Below, piece after piece: positions 29,231-38,794 of a stretch of DNA of 64,000 bases (positions within the stretch are counted from its first letter, which is position 1; each line of letters opens with the position of its first letter). Source of the stretch: Oscillospiraceae bacterium (lineage in GTDB: Bacteria; Bacillota; Clostridia; Oscillospirales; Oscillospiraceae); the NCBI GenBank assembly GCA_031261325.1, contig JAISKH010000053.1, positions 29,539 through 93,538 of the forward strand, in the 5' to 3' direction. A program made the translations under genes and the position numbers. A model generated the notes under the pieces. It made no database searches and was not told the origin of the DNA. It saw only the letters and a program-made list of their open reading frames with translations.

Positions 29231-31075
29231 TTATTCGTTGGGCGTGTCGTCATCGACGACCTCATAGTCCGCGTCATAGTAATCGCCGCCGGGGGCGTCA
29301 CCGCCGCCCGTACCGCCCGCGCCGGGTTCGGAGCCGTCTCCGCCCGTCTGCGCGTAAAGCTTCTCGCTCACGGCGTAGAACGCCTTTTGCAGCTCCTCGC
29401 TCGCCGCCTTGATAGCTTCAACGTCAGTACCCGTGAGCGCGGTGCGAACCTTTGCCAACTCGTCCTCAATCGTCTTTTTGTCGGCGGCGTCAATCTTGTC
29501 GCCCGCGTCGGCAAGTGCTTTCTCGCTCTGATAGACAATCTGGTCCGCTTGATTGCGCGTGTCCGCGTCCTCACGGCGCTTTGCGTCCTCCGCCGCGTAC
29601 TGCTCCGCCTCATGCACCGCCTTGGCAATGTCGTCCTTGGAGAGATTCGTGGAGCTTGTAATCGTGATGTGCTGCTCGCGTCCCGTGCCGAGGTCCTTTG
29701 CCGAAACGTTGACGATACCGTTCGCGTCAAGGTCGAACGTGACCTCAATCTGCGGCACGCCGCGCCGCGCGGGAGCGATGCCGTCCAAATGGAACTTGCC
29801 GAGCGACTTGTTGTACTGCGCCATCTCGCGCTCGCCCTGCAACACGTTGACCTCAACCGAGGTCTGATTGTCGGCGGCTGTGGAGAACGTCTGCGACTTC
29901 TTCGTCGGAATCGTGGTGTTGCGCTCAATCAACCGCGTGAACACGCCGCCCATCGTCTCAATGCCGAGCGACAGGGGAGTCACGTCCAGCAGCAGTATAC
30001 CCTCAACGTCGCCGCCGAGAACGCCGCCCTGAATCGCCGCGCCGACCGCGACGCACTCGTCGGGGTTAATGCCGCGGAAAGGCTCCTTGCCCGTAATCTT
30101 CTTAACCGCGTCCTGCACGGCGGGGATACGCGTCGAGCCGCCGACGAGCAGAACCTTTGAGAGCTGACTCGCGTTCAGCCCCGAGTCGGACAACGCCTGA
30201 TTCACGGGACCCATCGTCTTTTCGACGAGCTGCGCCGTAAGCTCATTAAACTTCGCGCGCGTCAGCGTCAGGTCAAGGTGCTTCGGACCCGTCGCATCAG
30301 CGGTGATGTAGGGCAGATTGATGTTCGTCGTCGTAACGCCGGACAAGTCGGTTTTCGCCTTTTCGGAAGCCTCCCGCAGACGCTGCAACGCAATCTTGTC
30401 GGCGGAGAGGTCGATGCCCGAATCCTTCTTAAATTCCGCCAGCAGGTAGTTCATAACGCACTCGTCAAAGTCGTCGCCGCCGAGACGGTTGTTGCCCGCC
30501 GTCGCGAGAACCTCAATAACGCCGTCGCCAATCTCAAGCACCGACACGTCGAACGTTCCGCCGCCGAGGTCGTAAACCATGATTTTCTGCTCGCCCTCTT
30601 TGTCAAGCCCGTAGGCGAGAGCCGCCGCCGTCGGCTCGTTAATGATACGCTTGACCTCAAGCCCAGCAATGCGTCCCGCGTCCTTCGTCGCCTGCCGCTG
30701 ACTGTCCGTAAAGTACGCGGGAACGGTGATAACCGCTTCCGTCACCTTTGTGCCGAGGTAAGCCTCCGCGTCGCTCTTCAGCTTTTGCAGAATCATCGCC
30801 GAAATCTCTTGCGGCGTGTACTGCTTGCTGTCAATCGACACCTTGTAAGAGCTGCCCATTTCGCGCTTAATGGACGAAATCGTCCTTTCGGGGTTCGTGA
30901 TAGACTGCCGCTTTGCGACGTGTCCAATCATGCGCTCGCCGTCCTTAGAGAACGCGACGACAGACGGCGTTGTGCGGTTGCCCTCCGCGTTCGCGATAAC
31001 GACAGGCTCGCCGCCCTCGATAACCGCGACGCATGAGTTCGTTGTGCCCAAGTCAATTCCGATAATTTTACCCAT
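29231..31075 (-). CDS. dnaK: Chaperone DnaK (Hsp70)
   Basis: '[18 protein letters not shown]', '[15 protein letters not shown]', '[13 protein letters not shown]' and the acidic C-terminus are present. Confidence 0.97.
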   Translation of the reverse strand: MGKIIGIDLGTTNSCVAVIEGGEPVVIANAEGNRTTPSVVAFSKDGERMIGHVAKRQSITNPERTISSIKREMGSSYKVSIDSKQYTPQEISAMILQKLKSDAEAYLGTKVTEAVITVPAYFTDSQRQATKDAGRIAGLEVKRIINEPTAAALAYGLDKEGEQKIMVYDLGGGTFDVSVLEIGDGVIEVLATAGNNRLGGDDFDECVMNYLLAEFKKDSGIDLSADKIALQRLREASEKAKTDLSGVTTTNINLPYITADATGPKHLDLTLTRAKFNELTAQLVEKTMGPVNQALSDSGLNASQLSKVLLVGGSTRIPAVQDAVKKITGKEPFRGINPDECVAVGAAIQGGVLGGDVEGILLLDVTPLSLGIETMGGVFTRLIERNTTIPTKKSQTFSTAADNQTSVEVNVLQGEREMAQYNKSLGKFHLDGIAPARRGVPQIEVTFDLDANGIVNVSAKDLGTGREQHITITSSTNLSKDDIAKAVHEAEQYAAEDAKRREDADTRNQADQIVYQSEKALADAGDKIDAADKKTIEDELAKVRTALTGTDVEAIKAASEELQKAFYAVSEKLYAQTGGDGSEPGAGGTGGGDAPGGDYYDADYEVVDDDTPNE

Positions 31076-31098
31076 AATATATTACTCCTTTGCTTTTC

Positions 31099-31677
31099 TT
31101 AATTTGCCACTTGCACCTTTGAGTGCCGTATTACCTTGTCTCCGATTGTGAAGCCCTTTTCAAACTCCTGCGTAATAACCTGTTCGCCAAGCTCGGGGTC
31201 CTCAATTCTGTGAACAGCCTCATGCTTTTCGGGGTCAAACTTCACGTCCCGCGCGGCAATTTCCTCAACCCCCATGCCGGAAAGCAGCTCGCGGAATTTC
31301 GTCATCGTCATGTCGATGCCCTTGAAAAACCCCTCGTCCGTGCATTGCTGCGCAAGCGCGCGCGCCAAATTGTCATACACGGGCAGCAACCTTTTAACCG
31401 TCTCCGCGCGCGCGTCGGCGTACAACGCTTCGCGCTCCTTTTGACTGCGCTTGCGGTAATTGTCATACTCCGCCGCCAGCCGCAGGTACTTGTCGTGCTC
31501 CGCCGCAAGCGCGGTTTCAAGCTGAATCTCATACGACGGCTCCGCGGGCGGCACGGAGTCCGTAACCTCCGATTCGGCTTGCGCTTCTTCCTTAATCGGC
31601 TCCGCCTGCGCCTCCTCAATCGGCTTGTCGTCGGATTTACCGTCCGATTTTTTGTGTTGTCTAGCCACTATCGTCAC
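31099..31677 (-). CDS. grpE: Nucleotide exchange factor GrpE
   Basis: Position between hrcA and dnaK. 'DKYLRLAAEYDNYRKRSQKERE' is the GrpE signature. Confidence 0.9.
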   Translation of the reverse strand: MTIVARQHKKSDGKSDDKPIEEAQAEPIKEEAQAESEVTDSVPPAEPSYEIQLETALAAEHDKYLRLAAEYDNYRKRSQKEREALYADARAETVKRLLPVYDNLARALAQQCTDEGFFKGIDMTMTKFRELLSGMGVEEIAARDVKFDPEKHEAVHRIEDPELGEQVITQEFEKGFTIGDKVIRHSKVQVAN

Positions 31678-32794
31678 TCCTTTGTCCTTTGTCGTCTTTA
31701 TCCTGACCCGTATTTATTGTGTGCGGCGGGATTCCCGCGTGTGTCGCGCCCGGCGGCAAGCCCGAGGTCTGCTCGCCCGAGAGCAAGGTCGCGATTCCGC
31801 GCGCGATGTACTCCAACCGCGTTATCACCTTTGAATAATCCATGCGCGTCGGTCCGACGACGCCGAGCAGCAGCTGCGCGTCTCCGCCCATGTCATACCG
31901 CGCGACGACGACGCTTGAGTCGCGCAGCTCCTCCGCCAAGTTCTCGGGACCGATTGTAATCTTCGCCAAATCCCCGCCCTTCGGCGTCGGTAATCGCAGC
32001 AGCTCGCTCTCGTCCGACAGGTATTCAATCAGCCGCTGCGCCTTGTTAACGTCGCGATACTCCGGATAGCCGAACAAATTCAGCTCGCCCGTAAAGTGCG
32101 CGTCCCCGTGCGGCGGAGCTTGCAAAAGCTCGATTAAAAACTCCGCGACGACGGCGGTCAGTCCCTGCGTATCGCCCGCCGCGCGCGCCGTTGAATCGAG
32201 CAGCGCGGACGTAATCCCAGCGTCGGGCACACCCGTAAAATTCGCGTTAAGCAGCGCGCCGAGCCGCGTAAGCGTCTCCTGATTGACAACCGTAGGCAAA
32301 TGCACAAGCTTGTTCTTAACCGTGTCGCCCGTCAGCATAACGACGACGATAAACGTGTTCGCGTCCACAAGTATCAGGTCAAACCGCATCGCCGTAACGT
32401 CGGGCGGCGCAACCGACAGCGCGTAAGCCGGCAGAGCCGTAACGCGAGACGCGAGCTTCCCCGCGTAAGAAATCAACCTGTCCAGCTCCGCGACGCGCCT
32501 TGTCAGCGCGCGGTTAATGTCCTCCGCTTCCTCAATTGACATGCGGTGCCGCCGCATCAGCTCGTTAACATATATCCGATAACCGAGAGCCGTCGGTATG
32601 CGCCCCGCGCTCGTGTGCGGCTGCTCAAGCAGTCCCAGCGACTCAAGCTCCGCCATCTCATTGCGAATCGTCGCGGGTGAGACGGAGCGCGGCAGAGCCG
32701 ACGCGATAGCCTTGGAACCGACAGGCTCCGCCGTGTCCACGTATCGGTCAATCACGGCGCGCAATATTTCCTTTTTGCGTTCTCCCAAATTCAT
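31661..32794 (-). CDS. hrcA: Heat-inducible transcription repressor HrcA
   Basis: 'ERKKEILRAVIDRYVDTAEPVGSKAIA' winged-helix N-terminus. The CIRCE operator lies immediately upstream. It overlaps the grpE start by 17 nt. Confidence 0.9.
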   Translation of the reverse strand: MNLGERKKEILRAVIDRYVDTAEPVGSKAIASALPRSVSPATIRNEMAELESLGLLEQPHTSAGRIPTALGYRIYVNELMRRHRMSIEEAEDINRALTRRVAELDRLISYAGKLASRVTALPAYALSVAPPDVTAMRFDLILVDANTFIVVVMLTGDTVKNKLVHLPTVVNQETLTRLGALLNANFTGVPDAGITSALLDSTARAAGDTQGLTAVVAEFLIELLQAPPHGDAHFTGELNLFGYPEYRDVNKAQRLIEYLSDESELLRLPTPKGGDLAKITIGPENLAEELRDSSVVVARYDMGGDAQLLLGVVGPTRMDYSKVITRLEYIARGIATLLSGEQTSGLPPGATHAGIPPHTINTGQDKDDKGQRSDDSG

Positions 32795-32808
32795 TATGCT
32801 TACCTCGT

Positions 32809-32835
32809 TAGCACTCGCACGCTTCGAGTGCTAAA
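32809..32835. promoter_or_regulatory. CIRCE operator (HrcA binding site)
   Basis: TTAGCACTC-gcacgcttc-GAGTGCTAA is a perfect match to the CIRCE consensus TTAGCACTC-N9-GAGTGCTAA. It lies 15 nt upstream of the hrcA start. An extra TTAGCACTC half-site is at 32843-32851. Confidence 0.9.
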
Positions 32836-33064
32836 CATAATTTAGCACTCTCGGGAGACTATGTCAAGGGGCTTACCGATTGTTTTTATATTTGTAACAA
32901 TTTCGAGAAAGTGACAGTTTGTAAACCTTTGTAGTTGAGTTGCGCGCCGCGAAAGCGTACCATATATACAGCGCGAGACGCGGGGGCTATCGCGCGAAAT
33001 AATAATGTCTGCGCGGCGCGGGGTATTTTACCCGCCGTCTGCGCGTGTAAATGGGGTGAGATTT

Positions 33065-33763
33065 TTGAAAAAGGCTGCAACGCATGTGCTAATGCTTGTT
33101 CTCGGACTTGTCCTGGGCGTGATTATCTTAATATCGGGGGTTGCCGCGTCTCGGGGCAGCTTGTTTCAAGAAACGCTCGGGTTAAGCTTTGGGAATAAGG
33201 CGGGGAGCATACCCGCCACGGCAACACCGGCGGAACTTGTAAGCGAAGCGTATCGAATAGTTGAATTGATAAAAGAGGAGGACTACAAAGACCTTGCAAA
33301 CGTAGTCCACCCTGATAACGGAGTCGTAATCTCGCCATACGCGACGATTACGCTCGCCACGAACAAACGCTTCACGCCCAAGCAGGTCGCCGCCTTCGCG
33401 GACGACGCGCAGGAGTACGTATGGGGCGTTTACAACGGCACGGGAGAGCCGATTGAACTTACTCCCAAGGAGTTTTTCAGCGCGTTCGTATTCAACAAGG
33501 ACTACACCTACGCGCGCGAGCTGGGCGTGGATTACGTCGTCAAGTCGGGCAATTCGCTTGAGAACCTGACCGAAGTGTTCCCCGGTATCCGATTCGTGGA
33601 CTTCCACATACCGACCGACGCGAAGAGCGTCAAGGGTATACGCGGCGTTGACGGCGAGACAGCCGCGACGGACGTAGATTGGAACAGCCTGCGTCTCGGC
33701 TTTGAGGAATACGAGGGAACCCTCCGCCTGACGGTCATCATGCACAGCGAATGGACGGCGTAA
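33065..33763 (+). CDS. Hypothetical membrane-anchored extracytoplasmic protein
   Basis: TTG start after GGGGTGAG. N-terminal TM 'HVLMLVLGLVLGVIILISGVAA', then a ~200-aa soluble domain. No family recognised. Confidence 0.45.
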   Translation: MKKAATHVLMLVLGLVLGVIILISGVAASRGSLFQETLGLSFGNKAGSIPATATPAELVSEAYRIVELIKEEDYKDLANVVHPDNGVVISPYATITLATNKRFTPKQVAAFADDAQEYVWGVYNGTGEPIELTPKEFFSAFVFNKDYTYARELGVDYVVKSGNSLENLTEVFPGIRFVDFHIPTDAKSVKGIRGVDGETAATDVDWNSLRLGFEEYEGTLRLTVIMHSEWTA

Positions 33764-33869
33764 ACGGTCAAAAAACGTCGAAAAATGTGCGCTTGTGCAC
33801 TTCAACCAAGTTACAAAAAGTTATTCTGTAACTATTTGGTTACTATTTATCACAAATGTTTACAAAAAA

Positions 33870-33906
33870 TCAAGCCCACCTTTTGGTGGGCTTTCCAATT
33901 TTAAGC
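33870..33906. terminator. Bidirectional terminator between the 33065 gene (+) and flotillin (-)
   Basis: AAGCCCACC-tttt-GGTGGGCTT hairpin with T-runs on both strands. Confidence 0.55.
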
Positions 33907-33914
33907 GGAAAATG

Positions 33915-35339
33915 TTACTCCGCGTCGTCACCCGTTCCGTTACCCAACAGCTCATCGGGTACCGCGTCCAAAACCGCGTCCGACGGCTTGCCGAGAAATT
34001 CGGGAAGCTGCATACCCGCCATGCCGAAAAGCTCGTTCAGCGGCGGCAGAGACTTCATCATGCCCGACAGGAAATTCGCCGTGCTCGACTGTCCGTTCGC
34101 GTTGCCGGAGCCGCTGTCCCACACAGTCACCTTGTCGAACTTGATGTTCTTTATCGCCTCAACCTGAATACGAATCAAATCCTCCATCTTGTCGGCGAGC
34201 ATCAGGCGCAGAGCGGCAGCGGGGTCGCCGCCCGCGGCGGATACGATTTTCGCAAGACCGTCCGCCTGACGCGTAAGCAACTCCTGCGTGCCGCGCGCCT
34301 CGGCTTCCATTCGCGCGTAGATTGCGTCGGCTTCACCGCGAGCGCGGCGGCGCGACTGCTCCGCGTCGGCTTCGGCTTCAAGCTCCATGCGACGCTTCTT
34401 AATCTCGGTTTCAACGATAACGTCGGCTTCCAACGTCGCCTTATCGCGCAGGGCGCGCGCCGTTTCCGCGATTTGCTGCGCGGCATAGGACGCTTCCTGC
34501 GCCTGCGCTTCCTGAATCTTTTCGGCGGACACCGCCAGCTTGTTCGCCTCCGCCTGACGCTCACGCAGCAGCGCGTTCGAGCTTGCAATCTTCATCTTAG
34601 CGTCGTTCTCGCCCTCGATTGCGGTCGAATCCGCGTCCGCGACGCTGACGCGCTGGTCACGGTGCGCGTTCGCCTCACCGATTGAACCCTCGCGCTCGCG
34701 CTCCGCGACGGACTTTTTCGCGTCATTGATAGCTTTCGCGGCGGCTTCACGACCGAGCGCGACAATGTAGCCGCTCTCGTCGTTGATGTCCGTGACGTTC
34801 ACGTTGATGAGCCGCAGACCGATTTTGCGCAGCTCCGTCTCAACGTTGCGCGACACGCTCTCTAGAAACTTGTCGCGGTCGGTGTTAATCTCCTCAATGT
34901 CCATCGTCGCGACGACGAGACGCAGCTGACCGAAAATAATGTCCCGCGCAAGCTCCTGAACCTCCGAAAGCTTCAGCCCAAGCAGACGCTCCGCCGCGTT
35001 CTGCATAACGCCCTGCTCCGTCGATATGCCGACCGTGAAGCGCGACGGCACGTCGATGCGTATATTCTGCTTGGAAAGCGCGTTTTTCAGGTCGGTGTTG
35101 ATTGACAGCGGCGTGAGGTCAAGGAACTGATACGCCTGCACGACAGGCCAGATGAACGCCGCGCCGCCGTGCACGCACCGCGCGGAGCGAGCCGTTCCGT
35201 CCGCGAGGTTGCCGACGTTACCGTAGATAACCATAATCTTGTCGGACGGGCACTTTTTGTAGCGGCTGAGAATGAGAATCAGCAAAGAGAATACGAGAAC
35301 CGCCGCCACGCAGATAAGAATGAGAGTGTACAGTTGCAT
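33915..35339 (-). CDS. Flotillin-like protein (SPFH/band-7 domain, FloA/YqiK-like)
   Basis: GGAGG SD + ATG at 35339. N-terminal TM 'LYTLILICVAAVLVFSLLILIL'. SPFH domain. Long Ala/Glu-rich coiled coil 'EAQAQEASYAAQQIAETARALRDKATLEADVIVETEIKKRRMELEAEADAEQSRRRARGEADAI'. The ORF-track extension to 35846 is untranslated leader. Confidence 0.8.
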   Translation of the reverse strand: MQLYTLILICVAAVLVFSLLILILSRYKKCPSDKIMVIYGNVGNLADGTARSARCVHGGAAFIWPVVQAYQFLDLTPLSINTDLKNALSKQNIRIDVPSRFTVGISTEQGVMQNAAERLLGLKLSEVQELARDIIFGQLRLVVATMDIEEINTDRDKFLESVSRNVETELRKIGLRLINVNVTDINDESGYIVALGREAAAKAINDAKKSVAEREREGSIGEANAHRDQRVSVADADSTAIEGENDAKMKIASSNALLRERQAEANKLAVSAEKIQEAQAQEASYAAQQIAETARALRDKATLEADVIVETEIKKRRMELEAEADAEQSRRRARGEADAIYARMEAEARGTQELLTRQADGLAKIVSAAGGDPAAALRLMLADKMEDLIRIQVEAIKNIKFDKVTVWDSGSGNANGQSSTANFLSGMMKSLPPLNELFGMAGMQLPEFLGKPSDAVLDAVPDELLGNGTGDDAE

Positions 35340-35560
35340 GAATATAACCTCCAAATATTTATTTTTCGCGCGTATGGCAAAAGCTCGGTCTATTCCTTCG
35401 GGTTCCCCGGCTCCCACGGAGCAGGGGGCAGCGCGTTTGAGTACGGCACGGAAAGAGCCGTGTGCACAATCGGCGCGGCACCTCCGTTTCAAATAACAGC
35501 ACTCGGCTGTTGCTATTGCTGTTTTGCAGCTCGGCTCCGCATCACGCCGACATTTAACAT

Positions 35561-35794
35561 CTACCGCCAAATGTCCTTGTGTGTTGGTGTGTCGCTCTCT
35601 TCGCGGCGTTTCCGCGATACATGCGTCGCGGCTAGCGCGGCAGCGGCTTTTTCGGCTTTCTCCAAATCCTCTTTCTTGTGTCTGCGCCTCGTCCTGATTG
35701 AAACCACCGTGAAAAATATTGCGAATGCGATGAGTATGACGGCAAAAATGATTAAAAACATCCTCCCGATACCGCCGGATACCTGACCAAACAT
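35561..35794 (-). CDS. Small membrane protein (77 aa) between the NfeD and flotillin genes
   Basis: 'MFGQVSGGIGRMFLIIFAVILIAFAIFFTVVSIRTRRRHKKEDLEKAEKAAAAL' has one TM plus a basic/charged tail. Its position is analogous to the small third gene of Firmicute nfeD-floA operons. Low confidence. Confidence 0.4.
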   Translation of the reverse strand: MFGQVSGGIGRMFLIIFAVILIAFAIFFTVVSIRTRRRHKKEDLEKAEKAAAALAATHVSRKRREESDTPTHKDIWR

Positions 35795-35826
35795 AGCGCT
35801 CTCTCCTTTCTTTATATACCCAATTC

Positions 35827-36522
35827 CTATTTCTTCCCGACCACAAGCAGCGTGTTCGGACTTGTCAAACCGACGACGACGACCTCCCCGCCGGGCAGCA
35901 AGTCTCCCGTCTCGTCCGTAACCGCGTCCGCCTCAATCAGCCGCTCCTGAACCGTGAGGTTAACCTTGCCGGAAGCCTTGCGCGAAGCGGGCACGCGTAT
36001 GTACACGGAACCCGAATGCCCCACCGCGTTCGCGAGGTCAACCGCGCCGTTGCGCTGCAATTTCGTCGCCGCGCGAATGACAAACGCGATGAGTGCCATG
36101 GACGCAATCCCCGCGACAAGCGCGATAGCGATTACGGGCAATGCGCTCATGTCGCCCTGTAACAGCGCAAGCCCCATCCAGCCGAAGATTGCGAAAAACG
36201 CGACTATTCCGCGAACCGTGAACATGCGAAGCCCCGGGTCGTGCGACTCATGCCCGCCGTGGTCGGCGTGCTCCCCGTGGTCATGACTGATGTGCGCGCC
36301 GAACGCGCCGTCATGGTCGTGGTCAAAATCGTGGTCATGGTCAAAGCCGTGGTCATGGTCGTGGTCGAAGTCATGCCCGCCGTCCGCGTCGTGCCCGTGC
36401 CCCAAGCCGAACAGCAGCATTATAGTCTGCAATAACAGCAGCAGCGTCGCGGGTATGGCGACCGCCGCGAATATCTGCTCCAATAAGCTTAGTGCGCCCC
36501 ACCAATCCTGTATTACCTGCAT
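35827..36522 (-). CDS. NfeD-like membrane protein carrying a ~55-aa His/Asp-rich insert, partner of flotillin
   Basis: N-terminal TMs. 'GLGHGHDADGGHDFDHDHDHGFDHDHDFDHDHDGAFGAHISHDHGEHADHGGHESHD' is the insert. More TMs follow, then a C-terminal beta (OB-like) domain 'SGKVNLTVQERLIEADAVTDETGDLLPGGEVVVVGL'. It lies immediately upstream of flotillin. Confidence 0.7.
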   Translation of the reverse strand: MQVIQDWWGALSLLEQIFAAVAIPATLLLLLQTIMLLFGLGHGHDADGGHDFDHDHDHGFDHDHDFDHDHDGAFGAHISHDHGEHADHGGHESHDPGLRMFTVRGIVAFFAIFGWMGLALLQGDMSALPVIAIALVAGIASMALIAFVIRAATKLQRNGAVDLANAVGHSGSVYIRVPASRKASGKVNLTVQERLIEADAVTDETGDLLPGGEVVVVGLTSPNTLLVVGKK

Positions 36523-36567
36523 AACAATTTCCTCCTGTCATAATTTATATCGCCGATTAAGTCGCCG

Positions 36568-37131
36568 TTACTTCAAGTCAAGCTGCGCAAACCGCTCCGC
36601 AGCAAGCTCCATGACGTGCCGCGCCTCGTAAGCCGCGAGCATTACGTCCAGTACCTGCGACAGCCGCTTACCCGCGCTCGGGTTCGGGTTGCTGTAATCC
36701 GCCGTGACGCGCGCGATTACGTCCTGCGTCCCGTCCAGCCGCATCGGCGAAGCCGCGCCAAGGGCGGCGATGCAATCGACGAAGTACCCGTACAGCACGC
36801 TGTCGTCAATCAAGTCGTCCGAATCGTCGGACAGCACCCCGTTGATGTACCCAAGCAGCAGAGCCGCTTGGTCCAGCGTGAAGCAGTCCTTCAGCACGTT
36901 GATGAACAGCAGCCGGCAAAGCTGCCGTCGGCTGTACTTCTTGTGCTGCGGCGGGGCAAGGAACTTGCGCTTCACCCAGTTCTGGACGATGTACCCCTCC
37001 AACCCCGTAATCTGCGAGACTTGCGACAACACAAGCCCGCCGCTGTAAAACATCGGCGTCAGAATCCGTTCCGCCGCCCCCGACGCAAGCTCTGTCTGAA
37101 TGGTTGTGCCGGGGAGATAAGTAATTGCCAT
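36568..37131 (-). CDS. Putative DNA-binding protein (DUF1836-like HTH)
   Basis: AAAGGTGGTGG SD + ATG. 'LSQVSQITGLEGYIVQNWVKRKFLAPP' resembles the MerR-like HTH of the DUF1836 family. The assignment is from memory and uncertain. Confidence 0.45.
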   Translation of the reverse strand: MAITYLPGTTIQTELASGAAERILTPMFYSGGLVLSQVSQITGLEGYIVQNWVKRKFLAPPQHKKYSRRQLCRLLFINVLKDCFTLDQAALLLGYINGVLSDDSDDLIDDSVLYGYFVDCIAALGAASPMRLDGTQDVIARVTADYSNPNPSAGKRLSQVLDVMLAAYEARHVMELAAERFAQLDLK

Positions 37132-37252
37132 CTTGCGACCACCACCTTTGAATGCTGAATTTGTGAATCCCATTTAGAATAATTAGATTATAGCATAAGG
37201 TCAAATGACTGTCAATAGCGCGCAACTAATTTTTCGTGCTAAATTTACGAAA

Positions 37253-37292
37253 AAAAGACAAGCCCGACAAAATTCGTCAGGCTTGCCTATCA
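37253..37292 (-). terminator. Rho-independent terminator of the xylA-GH3-xylB operon
   Basis: On the minus strand, GGCAAGCCTGAC-gaatttt-GTCGGGCTTGTC is followed by TTTTTTTCG. Confidence 0.7.
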
Positions 37293-37303
37293 ATTAAAGT
37301 TCG

Positions 37304-38794
37304 CTACTTGTTCAGCTTAAACACGTCGCGCGCCGCCGCGTACAATGCCGAGAACACGCGCGCGGACTTGGCGTAAACCGCCGCGTTGTCGCGGTTCGGC
37401 ACAATCACGCGGTCGCGACTGATAAGCCGCTCGCCCGCGGACTTCAGGCTCGGCGCAAGTCCCGCGCCGACGAGCGCGAGCATACCCGCGCCGAGAGCCG
37501 CGCCCTCCTCAACGTTCGAGACAATCAGTTCGCGCCCCAGCACATCGGCGAGAATCTGCCGCCAAACCGCGCTCCGCGCCCCGCCGCCCGTGAGATACAG
37601 CTCCCGCACGGGCGCGAACCGTTCCACAAGCGCGAGCATCTCCGCGAAATTCAGCGCAACGCCCTCCAACACCGCACGAGCCATGTCGCCCGCCGAGGTT
37701 GCCGCGCCAAGCCCGAAGAAAACGCCGCGCGCGTCCGCGTCGGGGTGCGGGCACCGCTCCCCGAACAGGTACGGCAAAAACACAAGCCCGTTCGCGCCGC
37801 ACGGCGAAGCCTCCGCCAGCGCGTTCAATTCGTCGTAACCGTATTGCGTCAGGATATTCTCTTTCAGCCAGTTCAGGCATTGCCCCGCGGACAGCATACA
37901 GCCCATGGCGTAATCCGCCTCGGGCGCGCTGTAGCTGAACAGATGCACCTCACCCGTAACGTCGCCCTCAAGCGCGTCGAGGTACGCGACGACGGTTCCG
38001 CTCGTCCCGACGCTCACCATAGCCTGTCCGGGTTCCAGAATCCCGTTCGCGACCGCGCCGCAGCTGTTGTCGGCACCGCCCGCAATCACGCGCACGCCGT
38101 TCGGCAATCCCAATTCCCGCGCAATGTCCGCCGCGACGACGCCCACGACGTCAAGCGACTCCAAAACCGTCGGCAAAAGCGAAGCATCAAGCCCCATCGC
38201 CGCCACCATCTCAAGGCTCCAAGTCCGCGCGCGCGTGTCCCAAAGCAGCGTACCCGCCGCGTCCGAAACCTCCGTCGCAATGCGCCCCGTCAGCCGATAA
38301 TTGATATAGTCCTTAGGCATGACAACCTTGTCAAGCCGCGCGAAATTCTGCGGCTCATGCTTGCGCAACCACAGGATTTTCGGCAGCGTGAACCCCTCAA
38401 GCGCGCGGTTCTGAACAAGCTCCAGCAGCCGCGCTTCACCGCCGCAAAGCTCAATAATCTCGCGCGTCTGCTCCGTCGTGCGAGTGTCGTTCCACAGCAG
38501 AGCCGGACGAATCACGCCGCCGTCCGCGTCCAAAAACACGGAGCTGTGCATCTGCCCCGAAACCGCGAGAGCCGCAATCTCCGCGTCGGGGAAGTCGCGC
38601 GTAAGCTCGCGCAAAACCGCCCGCGTGTGCTCCCACCACACAGACGGCTCTTGCTGAACGCAACCGCCGTCCGCCACGTCGGGCGAGTAAGACGACGCGC
38701 GCACGCCGAGAATCGCAAGCTCGTCGCCGTCGCCGCCGATGAGCACCGCCTTAACCCCGCTCGTTCCGAGGTCTATACCGATAACGCAGGTCAT
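37304..38794 (-). CDS. xylB: Xylulokinase (FGGY family)
   Basis: 'MTCVIGIDLGTSGVKAVLI' FGGY N-terminus. 496 aa. Its start overlaps the GH3 stop. Confidence 0.9.
   Translation of the reverse strand: MTCVIGIDLGTSGVKAVLIGGDGDELAILGVRASSYSPDVADGGCVQQEPSVWWEHTRAVLRELTRDFPDAEIAALAVSGQMHSSVFLDADGGVIRPALLWNDTRTTEQTREIIELCGGEARLLELVQNRALEGFTLPKILWLRKHEPQNFARLDKVVMPKDYINYRLTGRIATEVSDAAGTLLWDTRARTWSLEMVAAMGLDASLLPTVLESLDVVGVVAADIARELGLPNGVRVIAGGADNSCGAVANGILEPGQAMVSVGTSGTVVAYLDALEGDVTGEVHLFSYSAPEADYAMGCMLSAGQCLNWLKENILTQYGYDELNALAEASPCGANGLVFLPYLFGERCPHPDADARGVFFGLGAATSAGDMARAVLEGVALNFAEMLALVERFAPVRELYLTGGGARSAVWRQILADVLGRELIVSNVEEGAALGAGMLALVGAGLAPSLKSAGERLISRDRVIVPNRDNAAVYAKSARVFSALYAAARDVFKLNK

Noticed and set aside
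35340-35846. N-terminal 169-aa extension of the flotillin ORF in the six-frame track
   Set aside because: A strong GGAGG SD + ATG sits at 35339 and the TM/SPFH domain starts there. The upstream in-frame sequence is Arg/Cys-rich junk, so I treated it as untranslated leader.
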